This document shows positions 1 through 7,561 of a stretch of 14,912 nucleotides of DNA, one piece after another. Positions within the stretch are counted from its first letter, which is position 1, and every line of letters starts with the position of its first letter. The notes under the pieces are model-generated. The model was not told the origin of the DNA. It made no database searches and saw nothing but the letters and a program-made list of their open reading frames with translations. Location of the stretch: NCBI GenBank assembly GCA_052168235.1, contig JBQLZK010000108.1:1-14912 (forward strand). The letters are read 5' to 3'. Source of the DNA: Thainema sp. (GTDB lineage: Bacteria > Cyanobacteriota > Cyanobacteriia > Phormidesmidales > Phormidesmidaceae). Position numbers and translations under genes: made by a program.

Positions 1-34
1 ACGGTCTCAAATGAGACACCCTTGTCCCAAAACC

Positions 35-652
35 TCAATTAATCGAGGTTCCCAGTTGACTATTTAGCTCATTCCTTACTGGATTCCACTTAAGTTTGAT
101 CTGTGCAACAAGCTGCTCATCAATACCTGAACCCGCAGTCAGCTTCGGTGGATAGGCTCCTGTTCTATAACATTCCAAAATAGACATCAGCATCGTGGTC
201 AGACTATCGTAGACGACTGTTTCGCCTTCATATACAAAATGTATTGGAGCTGTATCTTGCTTTTCTGAACTACAGCGAGCAGCATAATATTCACATTCAT
301 ATTCAAAAAGCGGCAAAATTTTGTCTCCTAACAGATACTCACTATCCTCAAAAAACTTTATCTCATCAAAGTGTTTACATAGTCCCAAAGCTTCGTCGAA
401 AGGAAGAAAATAGTGATAGTAGAGAAGCTGATGATCCTCTCTGTTTTCTGCATGCATACCATCGTGCCAAGCATACAAATCTTTGACTTCTCTGGGAATT
501 TCTAAGCCAAAATTACGAGATTTTTCTTCAATCTGATCATATGAGAGGCCATCACGTAAAGATGCTCTCAGATCAGGATCGACGGAAGCTGTATAAGTTA
601 GTATTTCTTCCATAATGTCTGCTATGGAAGGTAGAGAATTGATATCAACCAT
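35..652 (-). CDS. SMI1/KNR4 (SUKH superfamily) protein, putative immunity-type protein
   Basis: 205-aa ORF with the SUKH-like pattern 'LRDGLSYDQIEE...GLEIPREVKDLYAWHDG...FLPFDEAL...ILPLF...APIHFV...YDSLTTML'. Visibly more AT-rich than the neighbouring gene. Confidence 0.75.
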   Translation of the reverse strand: MVDINSLPSIADIMEEILTYTASVDPDLRASLRDGLSYDQIEEKSRNFGLEIPREVKDLYAWHDGMHAENREDHQLLYYHYFLPFDEALGLCKHFDEIKFFEDSEYLLGDKILPLFEYECEYYAARCSSEKQDTAPIHFVYEGETVVYDSLTTMLMSILECYRTGAYPPKLTAGSGIDEQLVAQIKLKWNPVRNELNSQLGTSIN

Positions 653-745
653 ACTTACTAACCTTTTATGAAGTTTTTGACTTCTATGCTAAAAGACGCT
701 TGGGTACGTTCCCAGAATTAGCACAGTTCTGTTTAAAGTATGAAC

Positions 746-2263
746 TTATTGCCGCTTTGGTTCAATTTTGGCTTTTAGCTCAGAGCGGATGCGGCTCAGA
801 ATCGACTTTTCATCTAGTGAAGTCAGAATATGGCTGACTACCGTTTTAGGGCCATCTGGCCCCCAGGATGCGCCGTTTGCCAGGTAAACTTTGACGATTT
901 GCCCAATGCCATAGGTTGCTACACCCGCGACTCCGGCCTGAGCGACGGCTACTGACATATAAGGTGCGATCGCAAGTCCGCCTGTGGCAACTGTTGACAA
1001 TCCCAGTAAGCTTTTCAGAGAGCCGAGCCCTAGCGTCAGCAGCATTTCGCTAGCGCCGATGCCGCCCATGCTGAGGGCAATCTTTTTCAGTAGATCCAGT
1101 GCGCCTTTTTGCGTCATCGCTAATCCGTAGAGGCGAGATAAGGTAACAATCAGCGCCACGTCAATTGCGGCACCGCTGAGCATATCAACGGCAGTGATGG
1201 GATTGAGCGCCACGATGGCGGCTTTGGCCATTGTCGCCTGCCAGATCGCTTCGTCAGCACTGCGATCGCGGATTGCCATCTTGCGCTGTACCAGTTGCTC
1301 ATTCACGTCACCTGCGTACAGCATGGTGTTGAGCGCAACCAGTGATTTACCTTCTTGGTGCAAGACTTCTAGAATTTTCAGCTTGAGCTGATCGATTTGC
1401 GGCTGACCGCGATCGCGCTGTACGGTTTGGCTCCCATCGGGCCGACGAATGAGGCGATTGATCAGGGGCGAGGCGGATGCCATAACGATTTCGTCGGGGG
1501 ACAGTAACTCTTTCACCCGCTGATCGCGAATCGTTTCGTAAATGGCAATCCGATCAGCTTCGGGATACTGATCGACCTTATTGAAGACGAGAATCAATGG
1601 CTTACTGGCCTGCCGCAGGCGAGACAGCGCCTCAAATTCCACATTAGTCATGTCGCCTGCAATCACAAACAGGATCAGGTCAGCCTGCTGAGCAACTTTA
1701 TGTGCCAGCGCTTCGCGCTGCTCGCCATTCACCTCATCAATGCCAGGGGTATCGATAAACTCAATTCGCGATGAACCGATGCCAGGGAGGGAAACGCGAG
1801 TCAGCTCAGCATCCTGCGTCACTTGCCAATCCGCCGTTTGAATCGTCTGCGTCACGCCATGAATCGGGCCAGTTTCAAACACGTTTTGGCCAATCAGCGC
1901 ATTGAGCAGGGACGACTTGCCCCGCCCTACCATGCCAAAGACGGCAATGTGCACCACGGACTGTTCCAGCTTGTCCAGTAAGCGGCGTAAATAGTCAATT
2001 TCAGCTTCAACGCCCGTGCGTTCGCGGGGCGACAAATCCAGTCGTTCGACTAGATCCTGTAGTGCCGCCTGTGCCTGCTCATAGTTGAGCTGGGCCTGGA
2101 GATCGCGAAAGCTATAAGGTTGTGAATCGGGTGTTGTTGAATCGGATACTGAATCGGATTGGGGAGTGGATTGGGAATTGGATTGCGATCGCAACCTCGA
2201 TCCGTCACTTGATCCATCGCCCGATCCATTGGATAAAAATAAGTCCGGCTCTGACTCTGACAT
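746..2263 (-). CDS. GTP-binding protein (Era/HSR1-like GTPase with C-terminal DUF697-type hydrophobic domain)
   Basis: G1 GMVGRGKSS, G3 DTPG and G4 NKVD motifs; hydrophobic C-terminal region 'ALNPITAVDMLSGAAIDVALI...'; Ser-rich low-complexity N-terminus. Confidence 0.85.
   Translation of the reverse strand: MSESEPDLFLSNGSGDGSSDGSRLRSQSNSQSTPQSDSVSDSTTPDSQPYSFRDLQAQLNYEQAQAALQDLVERLDLSPRERTGVEAEIDYLRRLLDKLEQSVVHIAVFGMVGRGKSSLLNALIGQNVFETGPIHGVTQTIQTADWQVTQDAELTRVSLPGIGSSRIEFIDTPGIDEVNGEQREALAHKVAQQADLILFVIAGDMTNVEFEALSRLRQASKPLILVFNKVDQYPEADRIAIYETIRDQRVKELLSPDEIVMASASPLINRLIRRPDGSQTVQRDRGQPQIDQLKLKILEVLHQEGKSLVALNTMLYAGDVNEQLVQRKMAIRDRSADEAIWQATMAKAAIVALNPITAVDMLSGAAIDVALIVTLSRLYGLAMTQKGALDLLKKIALSMGGIGASEMLLTLGLGSLKSLLGLSTVATGGLAIAPYMSVAVAQAGVAGVATYGIGQIVKVYLANGASWGPDGPKTVVSHILTSLDEKSILSRIRSELKAKIEPKRQ
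2138..2232. repeat. Degenerate 12-bp-period tandem repeats inside the GTPase 5' end
   Basis: TGAATCGGATAC/TGAATCGGATTG/GGGAGTGGATTG/GGAATTGGATTG (2138-2185) and GATCCGTCACTT/GATCCATCGCCC/GATCCATTGG (2199-2232), which encode the S/Q/D/G-rich N-terminal tract. Confidence 0.65.
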
Positions 2264-2374
2264 TGGCTAACACTTGGCAATACAGTCTACTCTGCTTCCA
2301 CTCTACTGCGTCATACTTTTTCCGTTATCGTCACCCTACAGAAAACCGAGTGCGGATTCCTCTACAGCCTTTTA

Positions 2375-2469
2375 GAGAGTGAGGAGTAAGGAGTTTTTAA
2401 TTTTGAATTTAGCGAATTGATTCACTCATAATTCAACATTTAAAAATCCCCCTGCTTCCTTACTCTCCC
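2375..2469. repeat. Long imperfect inverted repeat (about 95 bp hairpin) in the GTPase-dps divergent intergenic region
   Basis: GAGTAAGGA...TTTTTAATTTTGAATT (left) pairs with AATTCAACATTTAAAAA...TCCTTACTC (right); inner GAAT-TG-ATTC. Confidence 0.6.
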
Positions 2470-2480
2470 ATCCCGACTCC

Positions 2481-2520
2481 CTCTACAGCCCTTTGCAGCC
2501 CTCTACGACCTTTACAGCCC
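2481..2520. repeat. Four degenerate tandem decamers (consensus CTCTACAGCC)
   Basis: CTCTACAGCC CTTTGCAGCC CTCTACGACC TTTACAGCCC; a further exact CTCTACAGCC at 2360-2369. Confidence 0.7.
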
Positions 2521-2709
2521 CTCTTTTCAACTACCCAGCTACTAGCAGATTCACCGAACATGCAGTCTACCAAATTATAGACATGTATCACCTACCATCT
2601 ATGGCGTACAGCGGATCTCTGCCTCGCTCACTTTGTATCAATTGAGCGATTTATTTGAGTTGGAAAATCGATGTAATAGAGACGTAGCAACCCCAAATTG
2701 TTTAATTTT

Positions 2710-3249
2710 ATGCGATCCATAAATATTGGTTTATCCGATCAACAACGGCAGGGCATCGTTGACATTCTCAATCGAGTCCTGGCAGATGCTTATCTTTTGA
2801 TTATCAAAACGAAGAAGTACCACTGGGATGTCGTTGGCCCTCAGTTCCGGACGCTGCACGAAATGCTAGAGGAACAGTACGAACACCTCGCTACCACGAT
2901 TGATGCAGTAGCAGAGCGGATTCGGGCGCTGGGTGGTTATCCAATTGGCACCGCAGAATCTTTCCTGAAGTACGCTTCCATCAAAGAGCATCCTGGCGAT
3001 CTGCCCGATGCAACTGAAATGGTCAGCCGTCTCGTAACTGACCACGAGCAGGTAATTCGCAATCTGCGTGAATTTATTACTCAGTGTGAAGACAAGTATG
3101 ACGACAGCGTCACCGCAGACTTCTTGTCTCAAATCACTGAAGAAGAGGAAGAAACCGCTTGGATGCTGCGCTCCTTCATCGAAGGTACGCCGATTGAATC
3201 CAGCGGCAAGCGCCCTGACTCCGAAGTACGTCCTCCGGTCAAGGCGTAA
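2710..3249 (+). CDS. dps: Dps family DNA-binding ferritin-like protein
   Basis: Ferroxidase signature 'KKYHWDVVGPQFRTLHEMLEEQY...IDAVAERIRALG' and 'AWMLRS'. ATG at 2710 (MRSINIGL) is preferred over the TTG at 2698. Confidence 0.93.
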   Translation: MRSINIGLSDQQRQGIVDILNRVLADAYLLIIKTKKYHWDVVGPQFRTLHEMLEEQYEHLATTIDAVAERIRALGGYPIGTAESFLKYASIKEHPGDLPDATEMVSRLVTDHEQVIRNLREFITQCEDKYDDSVTADFLSQITEEEEETAWMLRSFIEGTPIESSGKRPDSEVRPPVKA

Positions 3250-3266
3250 TCTAATCTCATCATCTT

Positions 3267-3308
3267 AACCAGCGTAGCCACCGCAATGCGGTGGCTACGC
3301 TGGTTTTT
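3267..3308. terminator. Probable bidirectional intrinsic terminator between convergent dps and ileS (perfect 19-bp inverted repeat)
   Basis: AACCAGCGTAGCCACCGCA-A-TGCGGTGGCTACGCTGGTT, ending in a T run (3304-3308) on the + strand. Confidence 0.8.
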
Positions 3309-3314
3309 ATGGAC

Positions 3315-6188
3315 TTAAAACTGGCCTTCTAGAGCCTGTTCACAGCGTTCGCAGATGGTGGGATGCGCTTCAGATTTGCCGACATAGGTTGAATAGTTCC
3401 AACAGCGATCGCACTTTTCGCCGTCAGCATTAACAACTCCAATCCCAAGGTCATCGGCTTGAGCGCTGTACTTCAACCCCTCAAGAGCATCCGGTTGATC
3501 CAGTAGCTCCACCTGCGAGGTCAGGAACAGATAGCGCAGCTCATCTACTCGATCGCCGTCGTTGAGGCTGTTGGCCGGATTCATCGCCGCTAGCTTCTGC
3601 CGCAGGTCAGTGTCAGCAACATACAGCAGCAGTTTCGCTTCCAGGGACGAGCCGATTTCCTTATCGCTGCGGGCCTGTTCCAGTACCTTATTCACCTCTT
3701 GGCGAATTGTGCGGAAAGCTTGCCAGTCTTTGGCCAGTTCCGGCTTGCGCCAGTTGTCGTCCAGCTTCACCCATCCGGATTCAAACACCGACTTGCTACT
3801 CGTGTTATAGGGGATGTGCTGCCAGATGTCCTCAGCCATGTGGGACAAGACAGGTGCGATCGCACGGGCAAGATTTTCAATTGCGATCGCAAGTACGGTC
3901 TGACAACTGCGGCGACGGGATGAGTCGAGCGAGCTGATATAGAGCCGATCTTTGGCGATATCAAGATAGAAGTTCGACAGGTCAACCACGCAGAAGTTCT
4001 GCACCGTCTGGAAGAAGCGGAAGAACTGATAGCTCTCAAACGCATCGGTCACTTCGTCAAACACCTCAGTGATGCGATGCAGCATGTATTGATCTAAAGC
4101 CGGAAGCTGATCGTACGCCACCGCATGCTGCGCCGGATCAAAATCATGCAGGTTGCCCAGCAGGAATCGCGCCGTGTTGCGGATCTTACGGTAGACATCC
4201 GCCATCTGCTTAAGAATGTTCTTACCCAGCGGCACGTCGGAAGAATAGTCCACAGACGACACCCACAGCCGCAGCACGTCGGCTCCATAGGGTGGCTCCT
4301 GCTTTTGATTCTTGCCGCCTTCGATCACAATCGCCGGATCGACCACGTTGCCGACAGACTTACTCATCTTGCGGCCCTGCTCATCCAGGACAAAGCCATG
4401 AGTTAGTACCGTCTTGTAAGGCGCATGACCCGTTGCCGCTACGCTCGTCAACAAGCTGGACTGGAACCAGCCCCGGTGCTGGTCGGAGCCTTCCAGGTAC
4501 ATGTCCACCGGATAGTGCAGTTCTTCCCGCTGTCCCGCCACTGCCGCCCAGGAGGAACCAGAGTCAAACCACACGTCCATCGTATCCATACCCTTGCGGT
4601 AGGTGTGGCCGTTGTTGCGGTAGGACTCAGGCAGCAACTCTTCCACGGACATCTCCCACCAGGCATCAGAACCCTTCTCGGCAATGATCTGGCGGACATG
4701 CTCAATCGTCTCTTCATTGAGCAGCGGCTCATTGGTTTCCTCGTCATAAAAGACGGGAATCGGCACGCCCCAACTGCGCTGGCGGGAGATACACCAGTCG
4801 GAGCGATCGGCCACCATCGCGGTGATCCGGTTTTCGCCCTGAGCTGGAATCCACCGCACCTCTTGAATTGCCTTCAGCGCTTCTTCGCGGAACCCTTCAA
4901 CTGAAGCAAACCACTGCTCTGTCGCCCGGAAAATGGTCGGCTTCTTCGTCCGCCAGTCGTAGGGATACTTATGCACATAGGGTTCTTGCTTCAGCAATGC
5001 GCCTGCTTTATCGAGCGCTTCAATCACCTTCGGATTCGCGTCACCCAAAACGTTCAATCCGGCAAATTCACCGACTTCGTCAGTGTAGTTACCGTTAGCG
5101 TCTACTGGTGAGTAGATTGGCAACCCATAGCGCTGACCGACCAGATAGTCATCCTGACCATGACCGGGAGCGGTATGAACCAATCCGGTACCGGATTCTG
5201 TGGTCACATAATCGCCACCGACAACGATGGGGCTTTCTCGATCGAACAGGGGATGACGGTAGGTGGAATGCTCCAGCGCTTGACCAGAGAGCTTCGCTTT
5301 AACCGTTAGTTCCGTCTCGAATAAAGCAGACAGACGCTCCACTAGATCCGCCGCGACAATCAGATATTTAGCATTTGGCAGACCCGTTTCAACCACTGCG
5401 TAGGTCAATTCCGGATTAACGCTCACTGCCAGGTTGGCTGGAATCGTCCAAGGCGTCGTCGTCCAGATCGCGACTTTTAGATCTGGTAAATACTCAGACA
5501 GCGACTGCGCGCCTTCACCCAGTCCCGTCATTGGGAAACCAACGTAGATACTGGGCGACGTGTGGCCTTCTGGATATTCCAGTTCCGCTTCTGCTAAAGC
5601 CGTTTGCGAACTGGGACTCCAGTGGACGGGCTTGAGGCCACGGTAAATATGGCCCTTCAGCACCATTTTGCCAAAGACCTCAATCTGAGCCGCTTCATAT
5701 TCTGGCTTCAGCGTCAGGTAAGGCTTATCCCAATCGCCCCAGACACCGTAGCGCTTAAACCCTTCGCGCTGCTGGTCAACGGTCTTCAGCGCAAACTTAG
5801 CCGCTTTTTTGCGCAGCTTAATCGGCGTTAAATCTTTGCGGGCATCGGCATCCAGATTTTGCAGAACTTTCAGCTCAATGGGTAAGCCGTGACAGTCCCA
5901 GCCTGGGACATAGCGTACCTTGCGCCCTTTTAGGAGCTGGTACTTGTTAATCGTGTCCTTGAGAATTTTATTGAGGGCGTGACCAATGTGGAGTGCGCCA
6001 TTGGCATAGGGTGGGCCATCGTGCAGAATGAATGGCTCACCGGGATTGCTTTGAGACAGTTTTTGGTAAATTTGCTCGTCAATCCAGAATTGCTGAATCT
6101 CGGGTTCGCGCACGACGGCGTTAGCCCGCATGCTGAAATCAGTTTGAGGGAGATTGACGGTGTCTTTATAGCTTACGGTATCTGTCAC
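3315..6188 (-). CDS. ileS: Isoleucine--tRNA ligase (IleRS type 1)
   Basis: HDGPPYANG..HIGH, GWDCHGLP, DWCISRQR, EGSDQHRGWF and KMSKS motifs; C-terminal zinc finger CDRC...CERC. GTG at 6188 (..TDTVSYKDTVNLP) is the likelier start; the ORF extends to 6203. Confidence 0.98.
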   Translation of the reverse strand: MTDTVSYKDTVNLPQTDFSMRANAVVREPEIQQFWIDEQIYQKLSQSNPGEPFILHDGPPYANGALHIGHALNKILKDTINKYQLLKGRKVRYVPGWDCHGLPIELKVLQNLDADARKDLTPIKLRKKAAKFALKTVDQQREGFKRYGVWGDWDKPYLTLKPEYEAAQIEVFGKMVLKGHIYRGLKPVHWSPSSQTALAEAELEYPEGHTSPSIYVGFPMTGLGEGAQSLSEYLPDLKVAIWTTTPWTIPANLAVSVNPELTYAVVETGLPNAKYLIVAADLVERLSALFETELTVKAKLSGQALEHSTYRHPLFDRESPIVVGGDYVTTESGTGLVHTAPGHGQDDYLVGQRYGLPIYSPVDANGNYTDEVGEFAGLNVLGDANPKVIEALDKAGALLKQEPYVHKYPYDWRTKKPTIFRATEQWFASVEGFREEALKAIQEVRWIPAQGENRITAMVADRSDWCISRQRSWGVPIPVFYDEETNEPLLNEETIEHVRQIIAEKGSDAWWEMSVEELLPESYRNNGHTYRKGMDTMDVWFDSGSSWAAVAGQREELHYPVDMYLEGSDQHRGWFQSSLLTSVAATGHAPYKTVLTHGFVLDEQGRKMSKSVGNVVDPAIVIEGGKNQKQEPPYGADVLRLWVSSVDYSSDVPLGKNILKQMADVYRKIRNTARFLLGNLHDFDPAQHAVAYDQLPALDQYMLHRITEVFDEVTDAFESYQFFRFFQTVQNFCVVDLSNFYLDIAKDRLYISSLDSSRRRSCQTVLAIAIENLARAIAPVLSHMAEDIWQHIPYNTSSKSVFESGWVKLDDNWRKPELAKDWQAFRTIRQEVNKVLEQARSDKEIGSSLEAKLLLYVADTDLRQKLAAMNPANSLNDGDRVDELRYLFLTSQVELLDQPDALEGLKYSAQADDLGIGVVNADGEKCDRCWNYSTYVGKSEAHPTICERCEQALEGQF

Positions 6189-6328
6189 AGCCCGAAGATT
6201 CACAAGAAAATGACTACAGACTTCAATACTAATGCGTTACTTAAGCATTCGCACATTATCAGCTAGAAGTCGATCCGAGTTCAAGCCAGATGGAGATGAG
6301 ATCGCACTTTTGGCTTCTCTTTCCAGCT

Positions 6329-6685
6329 TTAGCGGTTAATTGTCTGCTTTTTGCCGTCGCGGTCGATATTGACAAAGGTGATGTTGGTTTCAAACAGGAT
6401 CGCTTCAGCCTGGGTATGCTGCCGAATACCGAGGGCTTTGACGTCGTATTTCACAGATGTAAAGCCGATGCGATCGCAGATAATTGAAAATTTAAGAATT
6501 TCGCCGTTGCGGACGCCTTGCCGGAATTTCACGTTGTCTAGCGCGATGGTGACAAACTGGTTGCCGGGAAATTCTAGGTTGGCCGTAATGTAGGCGAGTT
6601 CGTCAATCCACTGGAGCAACTTGCCGCCAAACAAATTGCCGTAGTGATTCAGGTGTTCTGGACGAACGAGTTTGTAGTGCTCCAT
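6329..6685 (-). CDS. Hot-dog fold acyl-CoA thioesterase (YciA-like)
   Basis: 'VRPEHLNHYGNLFGGKLLQWIDE...FVTIALDNVKF' motif; 118 aa. Confidence 0.88.
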   Translation of the reverse strand: MEHYKLVRPEHLNHYGNLFGGKLLQWIDELAYITANLEFPGNQFVTIALDNVKFRQGVRNGEILKFSIICDRIGFTSVKYDVKALGIRQHTQAEAILFETNITFVNIDRDGKKQTINR

Positions 6686-6700
6686 AGAAAAGAATGCTCT

Positions 6701-6979
6701 TTAAAGGTTAAGTTCAAGAGCATTACAGAAACTGTTGAGGCTATCTAGTAAAGCATTGTAGTAAGAATAGGCATCGTCTCGCTCGTTTTCAAGATAGGTA
6801 TATAAGGTTAGTTCTGGTTCTGATGCCAATTGTTTTTTAGGAACATCTAAGCCTGCTGCTTTTAAGCGCGTTGATGCGATCGCAACTAGTAAAGCTTCTA
6901 CTGTATTAAACTCACCATTCTGAAGATCGTGCAGTCCAGATAATATTAGCTCCGCTCCTGGCAGTCCATTTATGTCCAT
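6701..6979 (-). CDS. Small hypothetical protein (92 aa), resembling the partner ORF I recall downstream of DUF6036 nucleotidyltransferases
   Basis: Clean ORF with ATG, 15 bp upstream of the thioesterase. Pattern 'LPGAELI..GL.DL..G...EALLVAIA..RL...GL.VP......PE..LY..L......AY.YYNALL..L.SF..ALE'. The family link is from recall and is not verified. Confidence 0.7.
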   Translation of the reverse strand: MDINGLPGAELILSGLHDLQNGEFNTVEALLVAIASTRLKAAGLDVPKKQLASEPELTLYTYLENERDDAYSYYNALLDSLNSFCNALELNL

Positions 6980-7268
6980 CTCTAAGTATTTTCTATATTA
7001 TTTTCAAGTTGTTTTATAAAATTTCCGATTTCACTTTTAGCGATATAGTGCAATCCCACCTAAAAAGCACTTTGATTATTGTTGAAAATACTTGCGTTTT
7101 ATTCAAGCTCAGTCAAGATTCGGAATACTTAACGATTCAAATCAGCGTCGGTAAATAACTTAGTAATTCAGCAGCAGTAACTTTTAATCGATCTGCTGCA
7201 TTTGAATCTGTTAGATAGTTTAAAATGCGGGAACTGAGTTTAGAAAGTTTTAAATATCATCCAAGGTA

Positions 7269-7484
7269 CTAACGATCAGAGCCTAAAAGACTATTTAGCC
7301 TGAATAATATAAGATTCTGTACGTATTTTGGAGGCTCTTTTTCGCCTTGCAGCCAGCTTTGCAATGTTCTATGAGGAACATCAAACAAAACTTGACACAA
7401 CTCGATTTGAGTTACCCCCAGTTCTTGCTTTGCCTGATTAAGCTTCTCCGAGAAACTAGCAGTCATAAATTGGTCACTTGACAT
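7269..7484 (-). CDS. XRE-family helix-turn-helix protein, putative controller of the R-M system
   Basis: 71 aa (alternative start at the internal Met, 7466). 'ELGVTQIELCQVLFDVPHRTLQSWLQGEKEPP' is an XRE-type HTH; the gene is divergent from the MTase, 77 bp away. Confidence 0.75.
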   Translation of the reverse strand: MSSDQFMTASFSEKLNQAKQELGVTQIELCQVLFDVPHRTLQSWLQGEKEPPKYVQNLILFRLNSLLGSDR

Positions 7485-7507
7485 TACGTACTGAGTGCGT
7501 AATCATA
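7478..7507. promoter_or_regulatory. Overlapping divergent promoters for the MTase and HTH genes, with a 21-bp palindromic operator
   Basis: + strand: TTGACA (7478-7483), 17 bp, AATCAT (7501-7506). - strand: TATGAT (7507-7502). Palindrome ATTACGTACT-G-AGTGCGTAAT (7483-7503, 9/10 arm match). Confidence 0.65.
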
Positions 7508-7561
7508 GTTGTAATCTAAGCCCTTTATGGTTGAATGCTATCAAAGTAATTAGTTAGCGAA

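Noticed and set aside
4..17. GTCTCA-AA-TGAGAC palindrome at the window edge
   Set aside because: Too short and truncated by the boundary to call as a terminator or element end.
2281..2600. Repeat-rich intergenic region considered as a CRISPR array
   Set aside because: Units are about 10 bp and tandem, with no 23-47 bp repeats separated by unique spacers, and no cas genes are present.
2585..2600. Possible NtcA box upstream of dps
   Set aside because: The spacing does not fit GTA-N8-TAC.
3562..6266. Many 60-160 aa ORFs overlapping ileS in other frames or on the opposite strand
   Set aside because: Shadow ORFs of a GC-rich essential gene; no recognisable motifs.
7485..7561. Methylation-sensitive autoregulation through a cognate site in the R-M promoters
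   Set aside because: I found no CCGG anywhere in the island, so no RCCGGY site overlaps the M, HTH or R promoter.
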